Source of the DNA: an uncultured delta proteobacterium | GTDB taxonomy: Bacteria; Myxococcota_A; Polyangia; Polyangiales; Polyangiaceae | Assembly: GCA_963696385.1 (NCBI GenBank) | Contig: CAVOKF010000001.1 | Coordinates: 256,001 to 320,000, forward strand | DNA: 64,000 nt | Direction: 5' to 3' | Shown: positions 31,026-39,904 of the stretch, in pieces | Numbering within the stretch: the first letter of the stretch is position 1 | Layout of the letters: every line of letters begins with the position of its first letter | The notes under the pieces: generated by a model | Told to the model about the DNA's origin: nothing | The model's input: the letters and a program-made list of their open reading frames with translations, nothing else | The model's database searches: none | Made by a program: the position numbers and the translations under genes

Positions 31026-31373
31026 TTACCCCCGTTTGAGCCTCGCCGGCTCGGGGAGAACCTGGAAATGGCGATGGCTTGCGCTTCGCTTCGGGCCGGC
31101 GCCCAGTTCAGCCGAAGCGCCGCGACTTGGGGGGGCTCGCTTGGACGAGCTCGTCGCGATCGCGCGAATCCCGGTGGTGGTCCCAGTGTCTTCGTTGGCC
31201 GTCCGGCGCTTGCGCGCCTTCCAACAGGTGCCGCACCGCCAGACGGCCGCCCAGCTGCCGTCCAGAGTCGTCTCGCGTGTCAAGCGCCATCCGAAGGAGC
31301 TCGTGAGCGTCCGATCCGGACTCGCTTCCGGTGAGCGTACGCCACAGTCTGCGCAGGTCTCGATGGCGAGCAT
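31026..31373 (-). CDS. small CxxC...WRCxxCW putative Zn-finger protein
   Basis: TCADCGVRSPE...FGWRL...WRCGTCWKARK. Confidence 0.6.
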   Translation of the reverse strand: MLAIETCADCGVRSPEASPDRTLTSSFGWRLTRETTLDGSWAAVWRCGTCWKARKRRTANEDTGTTTGIRAIATSSSKRAPPSRGASAELGAGPKRSASHRHFQVLPEPARLKRG

Positions 31374-31569
31374 TCGAAGGGTGGATTCGCGCTCGAAGAA
31401 CGCGCTTCCTATCCGATCCAACGGCCGAGGGACCAAGGACTTGAGTGCGATCGCGGCGCTGAAGAGCGCGCGGCAAGAGCGGCGGCTGTAACGCTGGAAA
31501 CGGCAGGAAGCTTGCGCGCCAGCGCCTCGGCGCTTGCAGGGCCGCAGCCCGTCCATCATACTCTTGTTA

Positions 31570-31586
31570 TTGAAATCGACTTTCAA
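31570..31586. promoter_or_regulatory. Fur-box-like palindrome
   Basis: TTGAAATCGACTTTCAA (6-5-6 inverted repeat) at the 5' end of an iron permease gene. Confidence 0.7.
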
Positions 31587-33462
31587 CGTCAGGTACTGGC
31601 CCGTCCTCGCCTTGCTCGGTGCGGTCGCCGTCGCGCTCGGGTTTGCCCTGGTGAGACCCGCTTCCGACACCCCGAAGACAGCGGGCAGCGACGCGCAGCA
31701 GCTCGTCGCGATCCTCCAGTACCTGGAGTCGGACTACCCGAGGGCGGTCGCGTCGATGGATGCCGGCGAGCTGGCCGAGCAGCGCTCTCTGTCGGCGGAG
31801 GCGAGGTCCACCGCACTTCGTCTCCGGGGCGCGGAACGATTCGCCGCGCGCATCGCTTCGCTCGACGAACGCGTTTCGCGAAGTGAGGACCCGGTTGGCG
31901 TGAGCGCCGATTGCGCGTCGCTGGTCGACGAGGTGATAGCGGCCGCGGGGCTCTCTCGTGCACCGTCGGTACCGCCCGATCTTTCCGAAGGCGCACGGCT
32001 CTTCCAAGAGAACTGCGTCACGTGCCATGGCGCGACGGGTCACGGAGACGGCGTCGCGGCTGCCGGTTTGGTGCCGAAGCCGTCGGACTTCCACTCCGAC
32101 GCGGTGATGGACAGTCTCACCCCCTATAAGGTATTCAATGTGATCCGCTTCGGAGTGAAGGGCACGGCCATGGCGCCGGTCGGCCACATCGACGAAGTCG
32201 AGCGTTGGGCACTGTCGTTCTACGTCTTGACCCTCAGGCAGCCACCTTGCGACCACTCGCCTTCCAGCGTGACGCTGGACGACCTCGCGAACCGGTCGGA
32301 CGCAGAGCTCGCGAGGTCGAACGGGGTCGGCGAAGTCGCCTGTCTCAGGCGCAAGCTGCCGCAGCTCGACGCTTCCGCGCTCGTCGCCGCTGCGCGCACG
32401 CGAGTGCAGCAGGCCAAGATCATGGCCGGCGGCGGAGACGCGCGCGGCGCCGAGAGCGCCATCCTCGAAGCGTACCTCTCGGACATCGAGCCGGCGGAGC
32501 CGTGGCTTCGTGCACACCATCCGGACGTCGTAGGACCTCTGGAATCGTCGGTCATTGCCACGCGTGCGGCGTTGCAGCAACGAGACCCGCGCGCGGGCGA
32601 GGAGGTCGTACGACTCCTGGCGCTGCTCGATCGGGCGACGGGCGCACCCGTGGCGAAGGCGACGGCCGTCTCCGTGTTCTGGTTTGCGCTTCTCGTCATC
32701 GTGCGAGAAGGATCCGAGGCGGCCGTGATCATCGCCGCCCTCCTCGCGGTCGTAAAGAAGCGAAAGCAGTTCTCTCGTGCGCGTTTCGTCCACGCCGGCT
32801 GGCTCTCCGCGGTGGCCGTGGGCGCCATCGTGTTTGCGGCGGCCCGCAATCTCCTTGCTGGCGCAATGAATGAAAGGCTCGAGGGGTGCCTTGCGTTGGT
32901 CGCTGCCGCGATGTTGCTTCATGCGGCGCTGTGGCTCAATGCGCGAACGACGACGCGACGCACCATGGGGGAGCTCCGAGGCCGCACGCACCATGCCCTC
33001 GACCGAGGCGCGCTCGCGCTCTTCGCGATCGCGTTTCTCGCGATGTTCCGCGAGAGCTTCGAGACGACGGTCTTTCTCGAAGCGTTGTCGGTCGACGCCC
33101 CCTCGGCCGTCGTCTGGGGCGCCGCCGCGGGTGCAGCGCTGCTGCTCGGTCTCGTCTTCGCGGTGAGTCGCTTGGGGTTGAGACTGCCCATGAAGCCGCT
33201 CTTCCGTGTCTCGACCGGAATGCTCCTGGCGACCGCCATCGTGCTGCTGGGCGAGGGCATCCACTCCTTCGAGGAAGTGGGCATCCTGCCCTCGAAGCCA
33301 ATGCGGTTCATCCAGATTGACTTCTTGGGCATCTACCCCGACCGGATCGGCCTTCTCTCGCAACTGGCCGTTATCCTCGCACTCATCCTCTGGCAAGGGG
33401 GATTCCGGGATGGCTCGATGAGCGTTTCGCGACTCGGCGGGGCGACCCATCCCGGCGAGTAA
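31570..33462 (+). CDS. cytochrome c / FTR1-family iron permease fusion (PbrT/EfeU-like)
   Basis: CVTCH heme-c motif; REGSE and RESFE (RExxE) motifs; multi-TM C-terminus. Confidence 0.9.
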   Translation: MKSTFNVRYWPVLALLGAVAVALGFALVRPASDTPKTAGSDAQQLVAILQYLESDYPRAVASMDAGELAEQRSLSAEARSTALRLRGAERFAARIASLDERVSRSEDPVGVSADCASLVDEVIAAAGLSRAPSVPPDLSEGARLFQENCVTCHGATGHGDGVAAAGLVPKPSDFHSDAVMDSLTPYKVFNVIRFGVKGTAMAPVGHIDEVERWALSFYVLTLRQPPCDHSPSSVTLDDLANRSDAELARSNGVGEVACLRRKLPQLDASALVAAARTRVQQAKIMAGGGDARGAESAILEAYLSDIEPAEPWLRAHHPDVVGPLESSVIATRAALQQRDPRAGEEVVRLLALLDRATGAPVAKATAVSVFWFALLVIVREGSEAAVIIAALLAVVKKRKQFSRARFVHAGWLSAVAVGAIVFAAARNLLAGAMNERLEGCLALVAAAMLLHAALWLNARTTTRRTMGELRGRTHHALDRGALALFAIAFLAMFRESFETTVFLEALSVDAPSAVVWGAAAGAALLLGLVFAVSRLGLRLPMKPLFRVSTGMLLATAIVLLGEGIHSFEEVGILPSKPMRFIQIDFLGIYPDRIGLLSQLAVILALILWQGGFRDGSMSVSRLGGATHPGE

Positions 33463-33517
33463 AAGGGTGACGCATTCGCCGGAGCCTTCGGGCTTCGGTC
33501 GGAGTGGCCATGACCGT

Positions 33518-33802
33518 TCAGTTGCGACGCCCCGCGGGTGCCGGGCGCGCAGCCCAGCGCGCGCGGGCCTTCTCCCGCTCGCCCTCGCGCGTCCGTATCG
33601 GCGCGCGCGCCGTCAGGCCGCGGACCAGACGCTCGGTCACGCCAGCCACCTCGCGGATGGCTTCCTCGAAGACGAGCCGGTCCGCCTCCGACGGTTTGTT
33701 CAAGCCGGTGACCTTCCGGACGTACTGGAGCGCGGCGGCGCGGATCTCTTCCGGCGTGGTCGGGGGATCGAAGTTGTAGAGAACCCGGATGTTGCGGCAC
33801 AT
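33518..33802 (-). CDS. DUF2277-family protein
   Basis: MCRNIRVLYNFDPPTTPEEIRAAALQYVRKVTG. Confidence 0.85.
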   Translation of the reverse strand: MCRNIRVLYNFDPPTTPEEIRAAALQYVRKVTGLNKPSEADRLVFEEAIREVAGVTERLVRGLTARAPIRTREGEREKARARWAARPAPAGRRN

Positions 33803-33964
33803 GGGATGGGGAGAGGATGCCAGACCGCGCGATCGGCGCCCACGGGTTCGGCGATGCGATTCGCTTGAATCCGGCCCATGCCCGGCGTGCTAAGGTGCGA
33901 CCGGCGAAGTGCATGAGCACGAATGGCTGGCCCGAATCGCCGGGGACACGCTGAGCCGATGGCC

Positions 33965-33981
33965 TCTTCACACTTCTTCAT
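33965..33981 (+). promoter_or_regulatory. tandem direct repeat, candidate OmpR/CpxR-type binding site
   Basis: TCTTCAC-act-TCTTCAT with 10-bp period upstream of the Spy/CpxP-like + RR + HK operon. Confidence 0.45.
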
Positions 33982-34084
33982 CGTTGGCCGCGGCCGATCT
34001 TAACAGTCGGGGTCCACGTTTCTCTCGTCATGGGCGCCCCGTTTGCTGTTCCACCCGAGGGCGCCCGGAGGAGACTAGGTCACC

Positions 34085-34648
34085 ATGTTTGGTTTTCTAA
34101 TCGGTACGGCATGCCTCATCGGCCTCATCAAGGTCGTGCGCCACGGGCGCGGCTGCGGCCGCTGGGGGTACGGTGGCTACGGTGGCCCGTGCGGCCATTC
34201 CCATCACCACGGAGGCTTCGGTGGCTACGCGCGCCGCGGCGGGTTCGGACGAACCTTCTGGCTCCGAAGCGCGTTCGAGCGCCTTCAGACGACGCCGGGT
34301 CAAGAGAAGGTCATCGTCGAAGCGGTGGACGATCTCACCGAGGTCTTCGGCAAGGCGGCGGACGAGTTCCGTGCGACGCGCGCCGATTTCGCCGGCGTTT
34401 TCCGCAGCGAGACGATGGACGAAGCGTCCGTTTCCGACATCTTTTTGAAGCACGACACGACCCTCAGCGAGACCCGTCGCGCGGCGGTCGAGGCGATCCA
34501 CAGGATCCATGACGCGCTGACCGAGAAGCAGCGCGCCGAGGTCGCCGACTTTCTCGAGAACGGCCCCGGTGTCCGTGGACGCGGCTGGGGTGGACGCGGT
34601 TGGGGCGGCGGTCGCGACGGCGGCCCTTACCGCGACCAGTGGGCATGA
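34085..34648 (+). CDS. Spy/CpxP-like (periplasmic heavy-metal sensor-like) protein
   Basis: N-term TM, Gly/His-rich linker, LQTTPGQE...IHDALTEKQR (LTxxQ-like). Confidence 0.7.
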   Translation: MFGFLIGTACLIGLIKVVRHGRGCGRWGYGGYGGPCGHSHHHGGFGGYARRGGFGRTFWLRSAFERLQTTPGQEKVIVEAVDDLTEVFGKAADEFRATRADFAGVFRSETMDEASVSDIFLKHDTTLSETRRAAVEAIHRIHDALTEKQRAEVADFLENGPGVRGRGWGGRGWGGGRDGGPYRDQWA

Positions 34649-34658
34649 GGAGAAGACC

Positions 34659-34845
34659 ATGAGACGTCCGAATCCTCATTGCAGTCCTCACATTGGGAAC
34701 CGTGCTCGGCTACGGCTCGGGCTTCGCCTCGATTCACCGCTGCCACCTGCACAGGAACGCGTGGGAACGACACGTCGCCCAGGTCTGCCTGGACGCCGCG
34801 TACGGCAAGGGCGACACGACCTCCGGCCCGAGCGCGGAGCCGTAG
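34659..34845 (+). CDS. small membrane-anchored protein (~61 aa), split by a +1 indel at ~34668
   Basis: RBS GAGGAG; ATG AGA CGT [c] CGA ATC CTC ATT gives MRRRILIAVLTLGTVLGYGSGFASIH...AWERHVAQVCLDAA; fills the operon gap. Confidence 0.6.
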
Positions 34846-34887
34846 TCGTCCGCGCGTTGTGCGGTCGGTATGGTGACGTTGGCAGTC

Positions 34888-35574
34888 ATGCCCTCGCGCG
34901 TCTTGCTTATCGACGACGACGCACGACTCTTCGAGCTGCTCGCGAGCTACCTCGACCAGAACGGGGTCGCGCTCAGCCGAGCCCCGGACGGAGCGAAGGG
35001 GCTCGCGGCGCTCGGTGCGTCGCCGTTCGATGCCGTGCTTCTCGACGTGATGATGCCCGGCATGGACGGCCTCACGGTCTGCAAGAAAATCCGTGAGAAG
35101 AGTCGCATTCCGATCATCATGCTGACCGCTAAAGGCGACGAGACGGACCGCGTGGTGGGCCTTGAACTCGGGGCGGACGACTACGTCGCCAAGCCCTTCA
35201 GCCCCCGCGAGCTTCTCGCTCGCCTCCGGGCGGTGCTCCGCAGGGCTGCCCCCGACGCCATCGCCGAACGCATCCGCGTCGGAACCATCGACATCGACGT
35301 TCCCAGCCGGCAGGTGCGCGTCGGCGGAGACGCTGCGGATCTGACCGGCATCGAGTTCGACATCCTCCTCGCGCTCGCGCGCCGCGCCGGACGGGTGGTA
35401 CCGCGCGACTCTCTGCTCAGCGAGGCGGGCCGCAGCGACGTTACCGTCAGCGAGCGCACCGTCGACGTGCACATCTCGCACCTTCGCCAGAAGCTCGGAG
35501 ACGATCCGCGCGCCCCCAAAGTGATCAAGACCGTGCGCGGCATCGGGTACGTGCTGGCGAAGGACGGACCGTGA
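34888..35574 (+). CDS. OmpR-family response regulator
   Basis: LLIDDD, LLDVMMPG, GADDYVAKPF, VDVHISHLRQKL, TVRGIGY. Confidence 0.95.
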   Translation: MPSRVLLIDDDARLFELLASYLDQNGVALSRAPDGAKGLAALGASPFDAVLLDVMMPGMDGLTVCKKIREKSRIPIIMLTAKGDETDRVVGLELGADDYVAKPFSPRELLARLRAVLRRAAPDAIAERIRVGTIDIDVPSRQVRVGGDAADLTGIEFDILLALARRAGRVVPRDSLLSEAGRSDVTVSERTVDVHISHLRQKLGDDPRAPKVIKTVRGIGYVLAKDGP

Positions 35575-36935
35575 CGTGTTGGCACCCGAAACATCGCCAC
35601 CCAGACGGCCGCCACCGCTGGGAGCGCTACCGCCACGCGATGAGCTCTGCGGGTTGGTATCTGCGACGAAACCTTCACCGCCGCATCTTCTTTCTCCTCG
35701 GCGCCTCGATCCTCGTCACGGCTCTGGTGATGATGGCGCTGTCCTATTTCGCGACCCCCGACGCCAACTGGCACCGCGAGGCAGCGCGCGTTCGGTCGTT
35801 CGTCGCTGGCGAGTTCGCTCTCGTCTGGGAGGACCCGAGCGCGCGCGACGCCCTCGCCAGGCGAATGGCGGCCGAGCTCGATCTGGATCTGACCCTGAAG
35901 AACGGCGAGAGCCAACCCATCCAGGCTTTCGGGCCCGCTGCCTGCAAGCACCCCGCAGCGACCGTCCCGATCGCCGCGGGGGCCGAGACCATCGGGTTCG
36001 TCGACGTATGCTTCGACCGCGCGCGCGGCTCGCGTCCGTTTCAGTTCGTTGGCCCCCTCATGGTCTTGTGGGTCATGCTTTGGGGGGCTTCGGGCCGCCT
36101 CGCGCGACGGCTAACCCGCCCGTACTCGGAGCTCGCCCGCGTCGCCCGTGAGATCGGGGCGGGCAAGCTCTCGAGCCGCTTCCAGCTCCCGGGGCGGCGC
36201 GGCGTGGACGAGGCGAGGGTGCTCGCCGACGCCATCAACGACATGGCGACACGCATCGAGAGACAGATGGGCGACCAGCGCGAGCTGCTCGCGGCGGTCT
36301 CGCACGAGATCCGGACGCCGCTTTCGCGCATCCGGCTCGTTGCGGAGCTCCTTCGTGGCGAGCTCGGCGCGGGCAAGAGCGCCGTTGCCGCGAAGGCCCT
36401 GGACGATCTGGACCGGGAGGTCATCGAGATCGACGCGCTCGTGAGCGAGCTGCTCGCGAGCTCGCGTCTCGACTTCGCGGCGCTGCACGTGCACACGCTC
36501 AATCCAGCCGACGTTGCGATGCGCGCGCTCGAGCGTGCTGGGCTGCCGGAGTCTCTCCTCCAGCTCGACGTCACCGCCACGAAGTTCGAGGCGGACGCGA
36601 CGCTCGTGGCGCGCGCTCTCGCCAACCTGCTCGCCAACGCAAACGCGCATGCGGGGGGGGTAGACGCGCTCCGTGTGCGCCAGGCGGACGCGATGATCGT
36701 CTTTGAGGTGCTCGACCACGGACCGGGCTTCGCGCCCGGTGAAGAAGCGAAGGCGTTCGAGTCGTTCTATCAGCGGCCGGGCGCCGAGGCGCGGGAGAAG
36801 GGTTCGCTCGGACTCGGGCTCACGCTCGTCAAGCGCATTGCCGTCGCCCACGGTGGCACCGCGTTCGCGGTAAACCGTGAGCGTGGCGGCGCGAGCGTGG
36901 GAATACGGCTCCCGCGTGCGGCCGTCGCGCCGTAG
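35571..36935 (+). CDS. membrane HAMP-domain sensor histidine kinase
   Basis: Two TMs, SHEIRTPL, NLLANA, DHGPG, GLGL; GTGA overlap with the RR. Confidence 0.93.
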   Translation: MTCWHPKHRHPDGRHRWERYRHAMSSAGWYLRRNLHRRIFFLLGASILVTALVMMALSYFATPDANWHREAARVRSFVAGEFALVWEDPSARDALARRMAAELDLDLTLKNGESQPIQAFGPAACKHPAATVPIAAGAETIGFVDVCFDRARGSRPFQFVGPLMVLWVMLWGASGRLARRLTRPYSELARVAREIGAGKLSSRFQLPGRRGVDEARVLADAINDMATRIERQMGDQRELLAAVSHEIRTPLSRIRLVAELLRGELGAGKSAVAAKALDDLDREVIEIDALVSELLASSRLDFAALHVHTLNPADVAMRALERAGLPESLLQLDVTATKFEADATLVARALANLLANANAHAGGVDALRVRQADAMIVFEVLDHGPGFAPGEEAKAFESFYQRPGAEAREKGSLGLGLTLVKRIAVAHGGTAFAVNRERGGASVGIRLPRAAVAP

Positions 36936-37057
36936 CGGCCGTTAGGCCGTCGCTCGAAACTGCGCCTACGACGCCGCGGCACCGGCGATAGCGGGGGAGG
37001 GAAGCCCCGCCCCCGCGATGCGTGGCAAGCCGCGAGCGAGATGGCACACTGGCGCGC

Positions 37058-37462
37058 GTGAGTGCACCGAAACCACCCCTCGCCGACGAGCCGTACATCA
37101 ACCTCGAGACGTTCAAGCGCGATGGCAACGGGGTCAAGACGCCCGTTTGGGCCGCCCCCCTGGGCCGCAAGCTCGTCGTGATGACCGCCGGCAATGCCTT
37201 CAAAGTGAAGCGTTTGCGGCGGGACGCGCGAGCCCGTGTCGCTGCGTGCGACGTCCGCGGAAACGTCCATGGTCCGTGGCTGGAGGCGACGGGCCGAATT
37301 CTCGAGGGGGAAGAGGACGTAAAGCGCGCGCACGCCGCGCTGCGGGACAAGTACGGCTGGCAGATGGCGATCGGGGATTTCTTGGCGCGGATCGCCGGAC
37401 GGATAAAGAAGCGGGCGTACTTGGAGATCACGGTAACGGCCGTGTCCGGGGCCACGTCCTGA
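37058..37462 (+). CDS. PPOX-class (putatively F420-dependent) oxidoreductase
   Basis: YINLETFKRDGNGVKTPVW, KVKRLRR, VAACDVRG, KYGWQ. Confidence 0.82.
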   Translation: MSAPKPPLADEPYINLETFKRDGNGVKTPVWAAPLGRKLVVMTAGNAFKVKRLRRDARARVAACDVRGNVHGPWLEATGRILEGEEDVKRAHAALRDKYGWQMAIGDFLARIAGRIKKRAYLEITVTAVSGATS

Positions 37463-37615
37463 CCGAGGCGTCGGTTCGCGCAGAAAGCCGCTCCGAGGCC
37501 CCGCCGTGCCACGTGGCGAGAGGCCGGACGAGCGCGGTACGTTCGGGGCTTTTCGCGTCCGTCGCCAGTCGATTCGTTCGGGCGTCGAATCCGTAACGCG
37601 CCGACCCCCGCCTCG

Positions 37616-39238
37616 TCAAATGGGGTATTGTCCGTCGACGATACTGTTGATGTATTTTTCGATATTCGTGTAACCGGTATTATCGAAGTCGCCCGTCGCG
37701 TCGTCCGGCGAGTTGGGGTTGAGGCCGTACCGCAACTCCCAAGCGTCCGGCATGCCGTCGCCATCGGTATCGAGCGGCGGCGTGCCGCCCGTGAGCGTGC
37801 CGAAACCGCCGTTTGCGAGCCCCGTCGCGGTCGGGGTGGTCCAAAGCTGTCCCTGTTTACCGAGTGACGTGACGTCGGCGATGACCAGGGCGTCGACCTG
37901 GTCGCGAGAAAGGGACGCGCCCGCGTCCGCGATGACCGCCGCGTAGGCGTCGGTCGCGTCGAGCGCTGCGGGCAGCGGCATCGTTGCCGCCGACCAGGAG
38001 GCGGCGAGCGCGACCGCGCCGGCCGGGAGGCCTAGGGCGGTGCCGTCGAGCGTACCGTTGGCACTGCTGTCGAGGATGTTGCCGCTCAGGTACATCGGCT
38101 GATTGTTCACTTGGAAGAACGCGTCCGAGGCCGTTGTGGTCGACGGCCCGGCGATGAACACGTTGCCGATCACGTCGTGCGAAAACGTGCCCGCGGTGTT
38201 GCCCGCTGTGTAACCAAGCTGATAATTGTAGATCACGTTATTTACGTATTGCGTATCCGCTTTGGCAAGCGGAGTGCGATTGTGTGCATTGGCGAAGAGG
38301 TCGCGGTACCAGGTGTACGGGCCCGTCTCGGTGTGGGCTGCAAATTGCTGTCCGACCGGGTCGGCCGTGATCGAATGCTGCACCGTGATGTTGGTGGCGC
38401 CGACCGAGTCGATGTTGTTCCACTGCGCGAATTCGATCGACACGTGGTCGATGATCACCGTGCTCGAGCTCGCCATGTTGACTCCGCTGCGCTCGAAATT
38501 GGGATCGGACCGAGTGCAGGTCGTGCATCCGGGTCGAACGCGAAGATAGCGCGCGATGATGTTCGAATGGCTCGAGAACGACAGCTCGTTACCCTGGATG
38601 GCGATGCCATCGCCCGGCGACGTTTGCCCGGCGATGTAGATGTCGCTGCTCACCGAAATCGCCGTGGCGATCGTGATTGCTCCGCCCACGTCGAAGACGA
38701 CGATGCGATTGCCTGCGCTCACCGCGTCGCGCAGGGATCCCGCGCCCGTGTCGTTGAGGTTGGTGACGTGCACGACCGTGCCGCCCCGACCGCCCGTCGC
38801 GACTCGTCCAAATCCGACGGCCTCGGGGAACGCGTACACCGGCCCGCCGGGCATTCCCTTGAACGGTGCCGCGTCCGAGGAAGGAATGATGCCCGACGTG
38901 CCGCCCTCACTAAGGATTGGGCCCGTATCCACCGACGCATCGGCTTCCGGGGCGCCCGTTTGGGTGGGCCCGGGGGGTGCGCCAGCCTCGGGGCTTGGGC
39001 TCGCAGAGCTGGAGGGGGCAGACGCCGTCGACGCCCCCGACCCGCTCGAGCTGGCTGCGCCGGGCCCACTCCCTGTCGACCCGCTCGAAGTTGCGGGCGC
39101 GGAGCTGGCCATCGAGCTGGCGGTGCTCGTGGGGCTCGGCGAGGGGCTCGGGGCGCCCCCCGCAGGCGCCTCGGGCGTGCTCGCGCACCCGGCCTCCAGC
39201 GTTGCAAGCAGGGCAAGTGCATAGACATTTCGTCGCAT
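37616..39238 (-). CDS. pectate lyase-like (PL1) secreted lipoprotein
   Basis: Lipobox EAGC; Ser/Pro linker; AFPEAVGFG..TGGRGG, IAGQTSPG, IIDHVS, DTDGDGMPDAWE. Confidence 0.85.
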   Translation of the reverse strand: MRRNVYALALLATLEAGCASTPEAPAGGAPSPSPSPTSTASSMASSAPATSSGSTGSGPGAASSSGSGASTASAPSSSASPSPEAGAPPGPTQTGAPEADASVDTGPILSEGGTSGIIPSSDAAPFKGMPGGPVYAFPEAVGFGRVATGGRGGTVVHVTNLNDTGAGSLRDAVSAGNRIVVFDVGGAITIATAISVSSDIYIAGQTSPGDGIAIQGNELSFSSHSNIIARYLRVRPGCTTCTRSDPNFERSGVNMASSSTVIIDHVSIEFAQWNNIDSVGATNITVQHSITADPVGQQFAAHTETGPYTWYRDLFANAHNRTPLAKADTQYVNNVIYNYQLGYTAGNTAGTFSHDVIGNVFIAGPSTTTASDAFFQVNNQPMYLSGNILDSSANGTLDGTALGLPAGAVALAASWSAATMPLPAALDATDAYAAVIADAGASLSRDQVDALVIADVTSLGKQGQLWTTPTATGLANGGFGTLTGGTPPLDTDGDGMPDAWELRYGLNPNSPDDATGDFDNTGYTNIEKYINSIVDGQYPI

Positions 39239-39904
39239 CGGGGGCTCCGGTCTTCGAAGCTTGGTTATGCGCGAAATCGGCAGTCCGATCACGCTCCTAT
39301 AAAATTGTATCGTCGCGCGAAATGGCATCGCAGGCGGCCGCGTCGTGCACCCGGAATCGCTGAGACCAGCACCGGCCGGCGCACGTGAAACGCGACTTGG
39401 AGCGGTGCCGCGTCGAGCGGGCCACGCCGCGTCGCGCCGTTGCTTTCGCCCAAAAATGGGTCCCCAAAGACAACGAATTTATCGGTCTTTTTGGGTTTTT
39501 TTGGCCTCTCGAGTCATGGGCGCGTGCAGATGGTGCAATACGGACAAGAGATTGGCGACCAGGGCGGCGTGTTCGGGGCAGAGAGACGAGCGCCATTTTT
39601 CCAAGCTGTTTGGGTGGCGGGTGCCTCCGATGAAACCGGCAACGTACCCTTGCGCTACCGTTTTGGCGGTCGAGGCGCACTCGCACACGGGGCAGTCGTT
39701 CATGAAACAACCATTCCGGACCGAAGGGTTAGCAGCAGCGCGAGCTCCGACGACAATTTTTTAGTGGCCGCGATGATTCGTCGCCCCGATCGGGCGACCG
39801 CGACCGCGACCGGGCAGCGATCGCCACGGACCGTTGGCCGACCTGCCGGGTCTTTGACGCGTGGAAGAGCCGCCCGCGTTGCCTCGATGCCATAGCGCCG
39901 GCAC

